Under the pieces are notes generated by a model. It did not search any database and had not been told where the DNA came from. It was given only the letters and a program-made list of their open reading frames with translations. A stretch of 50,716 nucleotides of DNA, taken from the NCBI GenBank assembly GCA_046758065.1, contig JBHHZM010000003.1, positions 1-50,716 on the forward strand. The letters are read 5' to 3'. This document shows positions 38,259 to 48,414 of the stretch, in pieces (the stretch's first letter is position 1; each line of letters begins with the position of its first letter). Origin of the DNA: Alphaproteobacteria bacterium. Its GTDB lineage: Bacteria > Pseudomonadota > Alphaproteobacteria > JAAXGF01. A program made the position numbers and the translations under genes.

Positions 38259-40037
38259 TCACATGCCGCTCTGCTCGCGCGTGCGGGCGTGGACGAGGGC
38301 GCGGTTGTGGGCGATGACGATGTCCTTGTGTTCGAGCATGCCGACCAGATGGCGGTTCTCTTCGTCGTCGATCACCGCGAGGTATTCGGCGTCATTTTCC
38401 CGCATCAGCTCGAGGGCGCGCTCAAGACTGTCGTCGGCGAGGACGGGCGTGCGATCGCTGCGGGCGATGTCGTCGACGTTTATCAGGTTGCTCAGACTCG
38501 TCTGGAAGGCGATGTCGCCGATGTCGGCGAAGGTCAGCGAGCCGTGGAGCCGGCCGTCGCCGTCGACCACGAAAAAGGCGCCGTAGGGATCGAGCCGCAG
38601 CAGCTCGTCGATCTCGCCCAATTTCATATCGCGCGGTATGCGGCGCACCGTCTCGTTCATGACCTCGCGCACGCGGATCGTTTTGAGCAGCGTCTGGGCG
38701 CGGTCGCGCTTGATGTCGATGCCGCGTCGTTCGAGCTGCCAGTGGAAGAATGACTTGCCCGGCACCTGCTGGGCGATCAGCGAGGAGACCGCGCTGGCGA
38801 CCATCACCGCGATGGTGATGCCGTAGTCGCCGGTGAGCTCGAACACGATGAGGATGGTCGATATCGGCGCGCCGAGCACCGCCGAGGCCACCGCCCCCAT
38901 GCCGATAATGGTATAGGCGCCGTGCGACATAGCGATCTCGGGAAACAGGCTGCCGGCGATGATGCCGAACGCGCCGCCGGTCATGGCGCCGATGAACAGC
39001 GACGGACTGAACACGCCGCCGGCGAAGCCCGATCCGATCGAGATCGCCGTCGCCACAGTCTTGGTGACGGCAAGACCGATCAGCAGCCAGAGCGGGAAGG
39101 CTTCCTTGAGCGCGAGGTCGGTGGCCTCGTAGCCCACACCGAGGACCTGCGGGAAGAAAATGGCGATCAGGCCGACCGCCGCGCCGCCCACCATGGGCCG
39201 GGACCAGGGCGGCAGCGGCGTGCGCCCGAGCGTATCCTCGGCGAACATCGTACTCCACATGAAGACGCCGGCGACCCCGGCCGAAACCAGACCGAGCAGT
39301 ACGAAAGCCGGGAACTCGGCGAACGAGGCGATGGCGAGGTCGGGGACGATGAAGGCGGGAAAATCGCCGAGGTGGATACGGGCGATGATGGTGCCCGTCA
39401 CCGAGGCGACGACCACCGGAGCGAAGGCGGCGAGCGCGTAATGACCGACGATGACCTCGAGGGCGAAGAACACCCCGGCGATGGGCGCGTTGAACGAAGC
39501 GGCCACCGCCGAGGCGACGCCGCAACCGAGAAGCGTCAGCGCCGCCGATTGGCCAAGGCGCAGGCGGAGCGCGATCCGCGAGGCGAGCATCGCACCGAGA
39601 TGCACTACCGGCCCCTCGCGCCCGACCGAAGCGCCGAAGCCGATCGAGGTGGCCGCGGCCGCGGCCGCGCCGAGACCCGCCTTGAGCCCGATTCGTCCGC
39701 CGTAGAGCCCGCCCGCCTCGATCGCGTCGGCAACGCCGTGGTTGCGCCGGCCGGGCATGAAAAACTGCACGAACAGCCCGATCACCAGCCCGCCCGCCGT
39801 CGGCGCGAGCAGCAGTTGCCACCAGGGCAGACCCTGGGCGAAACCGTAGAGTCGCTCGCTGGCGGTGCCGAAGACGACGAGCTGGACGCCGGCGATGAAC
39901 TGGCGGAAGCCGATGGTGCCGTACGCCGCGGCGGCGCCGACGACGACCGCCAGTATCGAGAGCACGAACGGCTCGTTGCCGACGAGGCGTCGCCACTGAC
40001 CGGTGAGAGCGCTGAAGCGGTCGGGACGCAGGGCCAT
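38259..40037 (-). CDS. ClC-family chloride channel/antiporter with CBS domains
   Basis: GREGP, GGVFSPSLFIG, many TMs, C-terminal CBS pair. Confidence 0.92.
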   Translation of the reverse strand: MALRPDRFSALTGQWRRLVGNEPFVLSILAVVVGAAAAYGTIGFRQFIAGVQLVVFGTASERLYGFAQGLPWWQLLLAPTAGGLVIGLFVQFFMPGRRNHGVADAIEAGGLYGGRIGLKAGLGAAAAAATSIGFGASVGREGPVVHLGAMLASRIALRLRLGQSAALTLLGCGVASAVAASFNAPIAGVFFALEVIVGHYALAAFAPVVVASVTGTIIARIHLGDFPAFIVPDLAIASFAEFPAFVLLGLVSAGVAGVFMWSTMFAEDTLGRTPLPPWSRPMVGGAAVGLIAIFFPQVLGVGYEATDLALKEAFPLWLLIGLAVTKTVATAISIGSGFAGGVFSPSLFIGAMTGGAFGIIAGSLFPEIAMSHGAYTIIGMGAVASAVLGAPISTILIVFELTGDYGITIAVMVASAVSSLIAQQVPGKSFFHWQLERRGIDIKRDRAQTLLKTIRVREVMNETVRRIPRDMKLGEIDELLRLDPYGAFFVVDGDGRLHGSLTFADIGDIAFQTSLSNLINVDDIARSDRTPVLADDSLERALELMRENDAEYLAVIDDEENRHLVGMLEHKDIVIAHNRALVHARTREQSGM

Positions 40038-40166
40038 GACCCATCAAAGCGGATTCGCGGCTTGCTTCATAGGGCTTTGCCCGGGAGGAGCAAGCATCGA
40101 AGTATCGAAAAGAAACCCGGGGTTTGTTCCGTCGCCGTGCGGGAAAGCGGCGGCGGGCTCCCGAAC

Positions 40167-40658
40167 TCACGGCTTGGAGCGCGATGCGAGACCGATGACG
40201 CGGCCGACCTCGGGCGGGACGGGGAGGCCGGCATGCGTCTCACGGATGGCGGCGAGGCGCGCCGCGATGGCGTCGGGAAACGGCGCCGAACGACGCGCCC
40301 GCATGTCGATGTGCAACCCCAGCCACTCGCTGGTCGCGGCAAGATACCCTTCCGTGGTGTGGTACATCTGGTGAAAGAAATGCAGCTTCTTGGCGTCGTA
40401 GCCGAGCAGCCGGGTGGCGACGCGCAGGGGATCGCCGGCGTGGAGTTCGCGCTGGTAGGTGACGTGCGCCTCGAGCGCGAACATCGAGTGCCTTTTCTCT
40501 TCGAGATAGCGCGCGCCGACGCCGACGTGGGTGAAAAAGCGGTCGGTGGCATAGTCGAAGGCGAGGACGTAGTAGGCCACGTTCATGTGACCGTTGAGGT
40601 CGATCCACTCGGGGCGAACCTCGTCTTCGTAGAGCGCGAGCGGGGCGTCGGTCGTCAT
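40167..40658 (-). CDS. Thioesterase (hot-dog fold, 4HBT-like)
   Basis: VRPEWIDLNGHMNVAYY motif. Confidence 0.9.
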   Translation of the reverse strand: MTTDAPLALYEDEVRPEWIDLNGHMNVAYYVLAFDYATDRFFTHVGVGARYLEEKRHSMFALEAHVTYQRELHAGDPLRVATRLLGYDAKKLHFFHQMYHTTEGYLAATSEWLGLHIDMRARRSAPFPDAIAARLAAIRETHAGLPVPPEVGRVIGLASRSKP

Positions 40659-40755
40659 GGTGCCGAATTGCTTGGTCGGTCGGGGCGCGGTTGCAGGTCC
40701 GCCGCCGCCGCCTTACCTTAGAGCCGTGCGAGGCGTCAACGAAGAAGGCGGGGTA

Positions 40756-42141
40756 ATGGACGCGCGCCGACCGCTGAGCAATCACGTGATTGCCGAGCTT
40801 CACGCCCTTCTCGGCGATCGTCTTTCGACCGCGGCCGCGGTGCGCGCGCATCACGGCAAGGACGTTTCCTACCACGAGGCCCACGATCCCGACGCGGTGG
40901 CGTTCGTCGAATCGACCGAGGAGGTCGCCGGCGTCGTCGCCATCTGCGCCCGCCATCGCGTTGCGGTCGTCCCCTACGGCACCGGCACCTCGCTCGAGGG
41001 TCACGTGGCGGCGCTGAACGGCGGCGTATCGCTCGACCTCGGCCGCATGGACCGGGTGCTGAGCGTCAACGCCGACGACATGGACGCCACCGTCGAGGCC
41101 GGGGTCACCCGCAAGCAACTCAACCATTATCTGCGCGATACCGGGCTGTTCTTCCCCATAGACCCGGGCGCCGACGCTTCGCTCGGCGGCATGGCGGCGA
41201 CGCGCGCGTCGGGCACCAACGCGGTGCGTTACGGCACCATGCGCGAGAACGTGCTGGCGCTCACCGTGGTGCTCGCCGACGGTCGCGTCATCCGGACCTC
41301 GAGGCGCGCCCGCAAGTCGGCCGCCGGCTACGACCTCACCCGGCTCTTCGTTGGTTCCGAGGGGACTCTCGGCGTCATCACCGAGGTCACCGTGAAACTC
41401 TACGGCATTCCCGAGGCGATCTCGGCCGCGGTCTGCGCCTTTCCCACGATCGAAGAAGCGGTCAGGACCGTCGTCCTGACGATCCAGAGCGGCGTGCCGG
41501 TGGCGCGCATCGAACTCCTCGATGCGCTCACCATGGAAGCGGTCAACGACTATGCGAAACTCGATTATCCGGTCGCCCCGACGCTCTTCTTCGAGTTCCA
41601 CGGCACGCCGGCGAGCGTCGCCGAGCAGGCCGAGACGGTCGAGGCCATCGCCGGCGAGCTCGGCGGCGGCGGCTTCGCCTGGGCGACCCATGCCGAGGAC
41701 CGCGCGCGGTTGTGGCAGGCAAGGCACGACGCCTACTTCGCCACCCTCGCGCTCAGGCCCGGCAAGCAGGGCTTCGCGACCGATGTTTGCGTGCCGATTT
41801 CGCGTCTCGCCGAGTGCATCGCCGAAACCCAGAAGGATCTCGCCGACTCACCCGTACTCGCGCCGCTCGTCGGCCACGTCGGCGACGGCAACTTCCACCT
41901 CGTCTACCTGATCGATCCGGACGATCCGCGCGAACTCGCCGAAGCCAAGCGTCTCAACGAGCGGATGGTCATGCGGGCGCTCGCCATGGACGGCACCTGC
42001 ACCGGCGAGCACGGCATCGGCTACGGCAAGCTCGACTTCCTGCAGGCCGAGCACGGCGAGGCGGTGAGCGTCATGCGTCTGATCAAACGGGCGCTCGACC
42101 CCGACAACATCATGAATCCGGGAAAGGTGATACGCGTCTAA
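40756..42141 (+). CDS. FAD-linked oxidase, D-lactate dehydrogenase (cytochrome)-like
   Basis: GTGTSLEG, PIDPGADASLGGM, GSEGTLG, GHVGDGNFH, TGEHGIG, NPGK. Confidence 0.9.
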   Translation: MDARRPLSNHVIAELHALLGDRLSTAAAVRAHHGKDVSYHEAHDPDAVAFVESTEEVAGVVAICARHRVAVVPYGTGTSLEGHVAALNGGVSLDLGRMDRVLSVNADDMDATVEAGVTRKQLNHYLRDTGLFFPIDPGADASLGGMAATRASGTNAVRYGTMRENVLALTVVLADGRVIRTSRRARKSAAGYDLTRLFVGSEGTLGVITEVTVKLYGIPEAISAAVCAFPTIEEAVRTVVLTIQSGVPVARIELLDALTMEAVNDYAKLDYPVAPTLFFEFHGTPASVAEQAETVEAIAGELGGGGFAWATHAEDRARLWQARHDAYFATLALRPGKQGFATDVCVPISRLAECIAETQKDLADSPVLAPLVGHVGDGNFHLVYLIDPDDPRELAEAKRLNERMVMRALAMDGTCTGEHGIGYGKLDFLQAEHGEAVSVMRLIKRALDPDNIMNPGKVIRV

Positions 42142-42330
42142 GTGACTGGCCCGAAATAGGTGCTTGATTTGAAACGGGAAATCCTGTGTCAGGAGCACCA
42201 CTATGTCACTCCCGCGAAAGCGGGAGTCCAGACGCTTGCATGGATTCCCGCTTGCGCGGGAATGACGTGAGGCGGCCCGACATCCTATAAGCGACTGAAA
42301 ACAAACAGTTCATTTCGGGCCGGACGCTAA
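42139..42330. mobile_element. MITE-like non-coding element with imperfect terminal inverted repeats
   Basis: TAAGTGACTGGCCCGAAATA versus reverse complement TTAGCGTCCGGCCCGAAATG (15/20, core GGCCCGAAAT exact). Confidence 0.5.
42205..42266. repeat. REP-like paired palindrome
   Basis: GTCACTCCCGCGAAAGCGGGAGTCCA-N10-TGGATTCCCGCTTGCGCGGGAATGAC, two inverted hairpin units. Confidence 0.8.
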
Positions 42331-42364
42331 AGAAAACGGCGCGTATCCCGGCGCGGGTAAGGGC

Positions 42365-42562
42365 TTAAGCCGGCTCGTCGCTCGGTCCCTGATCGATCCG
42401 CTTGCCGTCGAGTTCGCGCTGGCGGCGTTCGGCCTCGTGTCGCACGATCTCGCGTTCGATCTTGCTGCGTCCGAGACGCGCACGGTTTTCGCTGGCGCGG
42501 CGCTCAGCCTCGTGGCGATTACGTTGCTTGCGATACTGGTTCAGATTAATTACATCTCCCAT
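42365..42562 (-). CDS. DUF4169-family small basic protein
   Basis: MGDVINLNQYRK...ASENRARLGRSK.ER...LDGK. Confidence 0.85.
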   Translation of the reverse strand: MGDVINLNQYRKQRNRHEAERRASENRARLGRSKIEREIVRHEAERRQRELDGKRIDQGPSDEPA

Positions 42563-42708
42563 GACCGAGCCCTGTCGAACGCCCTTGTGGCTACTCGTTT
42601 CCCTGTCTATGACACCGGTTCCGCAAGCTAGCTTAGCGAAAATGAAAGCAGGCGCAAGCGGTGACGTCCCTGCCGCCGGCGTATCGGGACGCGACTGAAA
42701 GGATCACC

Positions 42709-45700
42709 GTGAAGAAGTTTTTCTACGCCGTCGCCGCGCTCTTGCTGTTGCTCGTCGCGGCCGCGGTGATTGCGCCGTTCGTCATCGACCTCAACGACTA
42801 CAAGGACGTCATCGCCGCCCGCGCCAAGGCGCTCACCGGCCGCGACATCGCCATCGAGGGCGACATCGACCTCACGCTGCTGCCCGCGCCGACCGTTGCG
42901 GTCAACCGGGTGCGCGTCGTCAACCTGCCGGGAGCCGCGGCGCCCGACATGCTGCGCCTCAAGTCGGCCGAGGCGCGTATTGCGCTGATGCCGCTGCTGC
43001 GCGGCGAGGTCAAGGTGGAAAGTTTCACCCTGGTCGAGCCCGCGCTCGAACTCGAGGCGCTTGCCGACGGCCGGGTCAACTGGCAGTTCGAGACCGGAGC
43101 CGGCGCCGCGCCCGAAGCCGCCACCACGCCCGCCACCGCCGAACCGGCGGTGCGCCTCGACCATGTGGCGATCGAGAACGGTACGCTCGTCTACCGCGAC
43201 AGTGTGAGCGGCAGGGTCGAGCGCATCGGAGGTCTCAACATGACCGCCGGCGCCGACTCGCTCGCCGGTCCGTTCCGCGCCGAGGGCAGCCTGGTGGCGC
43301 GCGGCGCGCCGTTGTCGTTCAAGCTCGGGATCGGCGCGCTCGAGCGCCGGCCGACGCCGATCAATCTCGAGATCGCGCTCGATTCGGCGCGGGCGTCGCT
43401 CATCTTCGCCGGGTCGCTCAGCGCGCTCGACGCCGACGCCGAAGTGAACGGGAAGCTCAAGTTCGAGGGCGCATCGCTCGCCCGCTTTCTCGCCCTCCTC
43501 GGTTCCACTGTCGGCCCGTCGAAGGCTTTTCTCGATCACGCCTTTTCGGCCAGCGGAGTACTCTCGGGCGGGGCCGCGTCGATCGGGTTCAACGACGTCG
43601 ATTTCGAGCTCAATGGCGTTCAAGGCACCGGCGCCGTAAGCGCGGTGCTCGGTGAAACCCCGCGGATCGATGCCGCGCTGTCGTTCACCCGCGTCGACCT
43701 CGATCAATTGCTCGCGTCCGCGACGACCACCGCGGCGACGGCAGCGACCTCCGGGACCGCTCCGGCTCCGTCGTCGCCTTTCGTGCTGCCCGGCGAAATC
43801 GCGGCAAGTTTCGACGTGCGCGCCAATGCCGTCATCTACAATGGCGCGGTGGTGCGTCAGGCTCAGCTCACCGCCGCGCTTCGCGACGGGACGCTGACGT
43901 TGCAGCAGGTCTCGGCGCTGTTGCCCGGCGGTTCGGACATCACCGTGTTCGGCGTGCTCGACAGCGCCGGGGGTGCGCCCCGCTTCAGCGGTCAGATCGA
44001 GGCCTCGGCCGATAACCTGCGCGCGGTGCTCGACTGGCTGCGCGTTCCGCTGCCCCCGATTCCCGCCGACCGCCTGCGCAAGCTGAGCCTTTCAACCAAG
44101 CTCGAAGTCACCCCGGAACTCGCCAAAATATCGGCGCTCGACCTGCGGCTCGACCTTTCGCGCCTGACCGGCGGGGTTAATCTGGCAATCGGCCCGCGTC
44201 CGGCGTTCAACGCCATTCTCGTGCTCGACCGCATCAATCTCGACGCGTATCTGACGCGCGCCGTCGGGACGCCGGCGGACGGGGCGGCGCGCGGCGAGGG
44301 CAAAGCGGCAAACCCGCTGGCCGCGCTCGCCGGCTTCGACGGCGAGATCAAGGCGCGTATCGGCAAGCTCGTCTACAACACCGTGCCGATCGACGGGCTC
44401 GCCCTCGACGCCGGTCTCGTCGGCGGCAAGCTGACACTGCGCGGCCTGGCCTTCGAGGATCTCGCGGGCGCCAACGGGGCGCTCAACGGCACGATCGACG
44501 CCACGCGGCCGGCGCTCGATCTCACCTTCGGTATCGAGACCGCCGATCTCAACCGGCTGCTGCGCGTGTTCGACGTCGCGCCGGCCGAGAGCCTGGGCAG
44601 GTTCAAGGCGCACGGCCGCGTCGGCGGCGACCTCGCGGCGCTCACGCTCGACACCAAGGTCATCCTGGATGACGTCAGGGCGTCGCTCGCCGGTACGATC
44701 GCGGCGCTTGCGACCGAACCGGCCATCGATCTTGCGATCGATCTGCGGGGTGCAAATCTGTCGCGTCTCGCGCGACGGCTGGGCGCCCGAATCGATCTGG
44801 CGCCGGGCGTCGACGCCGCGTTCTCTCTCAAGGGCAAGGTCAAGGGCGACGCCGGGCGCACCGAGGTCAAGCTGGGCCTCGCCGCCGCCGGGATCGAGGG
44901 ACGCCTCGACGGCCTCGTCATCGGGCTCGCCGAGGCGCCAAGCTATGACGTCGCGCTGACGGCAAGCCATCCCGATCTTGCGCGGCTGGCGACGACGTTC
45001 GGCGCGGGCGGTCCGGCAGGCGGACGCGATCTCGGCGGCGTGCGTATCGCCGCGCGCGTAACCGGCGATGCGCTTCAGGCGCATATCAGCGACTTCGACG
45101 CCACGCTCGGTCCGACCCGGCTTGCCGGCGACATGACGGCGCGCTGGGACGGGCCGCGGCCGAGGGTCGATGCCGAGCTTTCGGCCGGCGACATCGTCGT
45201 CGACATGTTTCTTGCCCCGGCCACTGCGGGAGCCGGCGAGGCGGTCTCGGGCGCCGACGCTCCGGCGGAGGCGCGCTGGTCGCGCGCGCCGCTCGATCTT
45301 TCCGGCCTGCGCGCGCTCGACGCCGCCGCCCGGATCAAGGCCAAGTCGTTGACGGTGCGCCAATACCGTTTCGACGACGTGACGCTGGCCCTCAAACTTG
45401 CCGATGGCGTGCTCGATATCGACAAATTGAGCGGCCGTCTGTACGGCGCTCCGGCCGAGCTTGCCGGGCGCATCGCCGACAGCGACATGCCGAGCGCCGA
45501 GATCGCGCTCAACCTCGCCGGCGCCGACCTCAAGCCGCTGCTGATCGATGCCGCCGGCGTCGACGCCGTTTCCGGGCGTCTCGACCTTACCGGCCGCTTC
45601 CACGCCAGCGGGCGCAGCGCGTTCGAACTGATCTCGGATCTTGCCGGCAATGCGACGATCGCGGTTCGCGACGGCCTCGTTCGCGGCTTCGACCTCGGCC

Positions 45701-46320
45701 GGCTCAACCGGCAGCTCGGCGAGCTCGACAGCGAGGCCGCGTTCATCGAGCTCGCGGGCGCGGCGCTCTCCGGGGGCGAGACGCGCATCGCGGCGCTCGA
45801 CGGAACCGTGACCGCGAAGGACGGCGTTCTCAGGAGCGACGATCTGCGCCTCGTCGCCGACGGCGGCACGGGCGCCGCGACCGCGACCGTCAATCTGCCC
45901 GGCTGGAACCTCGTTCTCGACAGCAGCTTTCGCCTTACCGGCCATCCCGACGCGCCGGCGGTCGGCATCACCCTGCGGGGGCCGATCGACAAGCCCGAAC
46001 GCACGATCGACGACCGGGAGCTCAAGGCCTATGTCGCCCGGAAGGTGATCGGCGGCGTGATCCGCAAGGCAGTGCCCGGGGCGGGCGGCGAAACCGGCGC
46101 GGCGGGCGCGGTGGGCGGTCTTCTCAATGCGCTCACCGGCGGCGGCGCGGCCCAGCCGGCTCCGGTCCAGCCGGCTCCGGCGCCCGTGCCGGAGCCGGCT
46201 CCGGTCCAGCCCGCTCCGGCGCCCGCGTCGGAACCGGTCCAGCCCGCGCCTGCGCAGCAGGCGCCCCAGAAGCAGTTCGAGAACCTGCTCAAGGGCCTGC
46301 TCAAGGGCGTCGGCAACTAA
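42709..46320 (+). CDS. AsmA-family protein
   Basis: N-terminal TM then PFVIDLNDYK...LTGRDIAIEGDI, beta-rich repeats, RIDLD/INLD motifs; GTG start after AAAGGA. Confidence 0.88.
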   Translation: MKKFFYAVAALLLLLVAAAVIAPFVIDLNDYKDVIAARAKALTGRDIAIEGDIDLTLLPAPTVAVNRVRVVNLPGAAAPDMLRLKSAEARIALMPLLRGEVKVESFTLVEPALELEALADGRVNWQFETGAGAAPEAATTPATAEPAVRLDHVAIENGTLVYRDSVSGRVERIGGLNMTAGADSLAGPFRAEGSLVARGAPLSFKLGIGALERRPTPINLEIALDSARASLIFAGSLSALDADAEVNGKLKFEGASLARFLALLGSTVGPSKAFLDHAFSASGVLSGGAASIGFNDVDFELNGVQGTGAVSAVLGETPRIDAALSFTRVDLDQLLASATTTAATAATSGTAPAPSSPFVLPGEIAASFDVRANAVIYNGAVVRQAQLTAALRDGTLTLQQVSALLPGGSDITVFGVLDSAGGAPRFSGQIEASADNLRAVLDWLRVPLPPIPADRLRKLSLSTKLEVTPELAKISALDLRLDLSRLTGGVNLAIGPRPAFNAILVLDRINLDAYLTRAVGTPADGAARGEGKAANPLAALAGFDGEIKARIGKLVYNTVPIDGLALDAGLVGGKLTLRGLAFEDLAGANGALNGTIDATRPALDLTFGIETADLNRLLRVFDVAPAESLGRFKAHGRVGGDLAALTLDTKVILDDVRASLAGTIAALATEPAIDLAIDLRGANLSRLARRLGARIDLAPGVDAAFSLKGKVKGDAGRTEVKLGLAAAGIEGRLDGLVIGLAEAPSYDVALTASHPDLARLATTFGAGGPAGGRDLGGVRIAARVTGDALQAHISDFDATLGPTRLAGDMTARWDGPRPRVDAELSAGDIVVDMFLAPATAGAGEAVSGADAPAEARWSRAPLDLSGLRALDAAARIKAKSLTVRQYRFDDVTLALKLADGVLDIDKLSGRLYGAPAELAGRIADSDMPSAEIALNLAGADLKPLLIDAAGVDAVSGRLDLTGRFHASGRSAFELISDLAGNATIAVRDGLVRGFDLGRLNRQLGELDSEAAFIELAGAALSGGETRIAALDGTVTAKDGVLRSDDLRLVADGGTGAATATVNLPGWNLVLDSSFRLTGHPDAPAVGITLRGPIDKPERTIDDRELKAYVARKVIGGVIRKAVPGAGGETGAAGAVGGLLNALTGGGAAQPAPVQPAPAPVPEPAPVQPAPAPASEPVQPAPAQQAPQKQFENLLKGLLKGVGN
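46153..46260 (+). repeat. Coding tandem repeat (QPAPV/EPAPV) in AsmA tail
   Basis: Repeated CAGCCGGCTCCGG(T/C) units. Confidence 0.7.
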
Positions 46321-46559
46321 TCATCGGGCTCGACGCCGGCGCGCTCCGCCCGGGCGCGCAGCCATTCGACCGCATGGACGCGCAGGGCGCTCGACAGGTT
46401 GCCGTCGCGCCCGCGGTCGATCTCGGCCACCAACCGGTTGAGAGAAACGCCGCGCGCGGACGCGATCCCGCGCAGGATTTCCCAGAAGACGTCCTCGAGC
46501 GAGACGCTGGTCCGGTGCCCGGCGATCACCACCGAGCGCTTGCGCAGGGTCGACGCCAT
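46317..46559 (-). CDS. Ribbon-helix-helix domain protein
   Basis: KRSVVIAGHRTSVSLE..FW..L..IA...NLSSALR. Confidence 0.9.
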   Translation of the reverse strand: MASTLRKRSVVIAGHRTSVSLEDVFWEILRGIASARGVSLNRLVAEIDRGRDGNLSSALRVHAVEWLRARAERAGVEPDD

Positions 46560-46569
46560 CGGCGCGGCG

Positions 46570-47973
46570 TCAGGCCGACGGCCCGACCATGTTCTCGGGT
46601 CGCACCCACTCGTCGAACTGCTCGGCCGTCAGCAGACCCAGCGCCAGCGCCGCCTCCTTGAGCGTGGTGCCTTCGGCATAGGCCTTCTTCGCCACCTTGG
46701 CGGCGTTGTCGTAGCCGATGTGGGGGTTGAGCGCGGTCACCAGCATGAGCGAATCGTCGCGCAGGCGCACGATGCGCTCCTCGTTCGCTTCGATGCCGGC
46801 GACGCAGTTGTCGGTGAAGCTCACCGCCGCGTCGCCGATCAGGCGGATCGAGTGCAGGAGGTTGTGGATCATCACCGGCTTGAAGACGTTGAGCTCGAAG
46901 TGGCCGCTCGCCCCGGCGACGGTGATCGCGGTGTGGTTGCCCATGACCTGCGCGCAGACCATGGTCAGCGCCTCGCACTGGGTAGGGTTGACCTTGCCCG
47001 GCATGATCGACGAGCCGGGCTCGTTCTCGGGCAGGCGCAGCTCGCCGAAACCGCAGCGCGGTCCCGAACCGAGCAGGCGGATATCGTTGGCGATCTTCAT
47101 CAGCGAGCAGGCGACGACGTTGAGCATCCCCGACATTTCGACGACGGCGTCGTGCGCGGCGAGCGCCTCGAATTTGTTCTCGGCACTGACGAACGGCAGG
47201 CCCGTGATCTTTGCCACCTCCGCGGCGAAACGCTCGGCGAAGTCGGCGGCGGTATTGAGCCCGGTGCCGACCGCGGTGCCGCCCTGGGCGAGCCGGCAAA
47301 GCCGCGGCAGGGCGTCGCGCACCCGTGCGAGGCCGTTTTCGACCTGCCTGGCGTAACCCGAAAACTCCTGTCCGAGGGTCAGCGGCGTCGCGTCCTGCAG
47401 ATGGGTGCGACCGATCTTGATGATGCCGGCGAATGCTTCGGCCTTGGTGGCGAGCGCGCCGTGCAGATGATCGAGACCGGGGAGGAGGCGGCGATGAATT
47501 TCCTCGACCGCCGCGATGTGCATCGCCGACGGGAAACTGTCGTTCGACGACTGACCCATGTTGACGTGATCGTTGGGGTGGACCGGATCTTTCGAGCCCA
47601 GTTCGCCGCCGAGAATCTCGATCGCCCGGTTGGCGATGACCTCGTTGGCGTTCATGTTGGTCTGCGTGCCCGAGCCGGTCTGCCAGACCACCAGCGGGAA
47701 GTGCTCGGCAAGCGTGCCGTCGATGACTTCGTCCGCCGCGCGGCAGATGGCTTCGGCGAGCCGCGCGTCGAGCCTGCCGCTTGCGGCGTTGATCGTCGCC
47801 GCCGCCTTCTTGACGATGCCGAAGGCGCGGATCAGCGGCGCCGGCATGCGATCGGCGCCGATCCTGAAATTCTGCAGCGAGCGCTGGGTCTGCGCCCCCC
47901 AGTAACGGCCGGCGGGCACCTCGACCGGTCCGAACGAATCGGTTTCGGTGCGGTATTTCGGCGATCCGGTCAT
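46570..47973 (-). CDS. fumC: Class II fumarate hydratase
   Basis: [39 protein letters not shown]. Confidence 0.97.
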   Translation of the reverse strand: MTGSPKYRTETDSFGPVEVPAGRYWGAQTQRSLQNFRIGADRMPAPLIRAFGIVKKAAATINAASGRLDARLAEAICRAADEVIDGTLAEHFPLVVWQTGSGTQTNMNANEVIANRAIEILGGELGSKDPVHPNDHVNMGQSSNDSFPSAMHIAAVEEIHRRLLPGLDHLHGALATKAEAFAGIIKIGRTHLQDATPLTLGQEFSGYARQVENGLARVRDALPRLCRLAQGGTAVGTGLNTAADFAERFAAEVAKITGLPFVSAENKFEALAAHDAVVEMSGMLNVVACSLMKIANDIRLLGSGPRCGFGELRLPENEPGSSIMPGKVNPTQCEALTMVCAQVMGNHTAITVAGASGHFELNVFKPVMIHNLLHSIRLIGDAAVSFTDNCVAGIEANEERIVRLRDDSLMLVTALNPHIGYDNAAKVAKKAYAEGTTLKEAALALGLLTAEQFDEWVRPENMVGPSA

Positions 47974-48036
47974 GGCTCGACGCTCCCCGGTGCGATTACG
48001 GTCCGGGATCGTTTTATCACAGGGCCGGGAACCGCT

Positions 48037-48378
48037 CTACCCGGGGCTCGACCGTGCCGCGCGCGCCGCCTCGCAGGCCTTGCGCGCCCAGATGCAAAGC
48101 GAATCCGCGTCGTCGAGGACGTCGGCCGGCACGGCGCGGTACGCCAGGGCGATCCGCCGCCCCTTGCGTGCATAGCTGAAAGGGGCCGCGCCGGCCGCCT
48201 CGAAGTCGGCGCGGTTCGCCGCACCCGCCTTGAAGTAAAGCGCGTCCCCCGAGATCAGCCCGAACATCGCGCCGTCGCGGAACAGCCCGTAGCCGCCGAA
48301 CATGCGGCGCGCCGCGACGCCGCCCAATCCGGCGAGCTGATCGAGAACGTAGTCGAGGAATTCGTCGTCCTGCGTCAC
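48037..48378 (-). CDS. TfoX/Sxy N-terminal domain protein
   Basis: RRMFGGYGLF.DG.MFGLI...LYFK...PFSY. Confidence 0.88.
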   Translation of the reverse strand: MTQDDEFLDYVLDQLAGLGGVAARRMFGGYGLFRDGAMFGLISGDALYFKAGAANRADFEAAGAAPFSYARKGRRIALAYRAVPADVLDDADSLCIWARKACEAARAARSSPG

Positions 48379-48414
48379 CGCGCCAGCCGGATCGCGATAT
48401 ATGACGTTGCCGGG

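Noticed and set aside
40656-40659. Apparent overlapping divergent start codons of the thioesterase and oxidase genes
   Set aside because: The oxidase more plausibly starts at ATG 40756 behind a purine-rich RBS; the extension looks non-coding
46153-46260. Tandem repeats as a CRISPR-like array
   Set aside because: In-frame Pro/Ala coding repeats with no unique spacers and no cas genes
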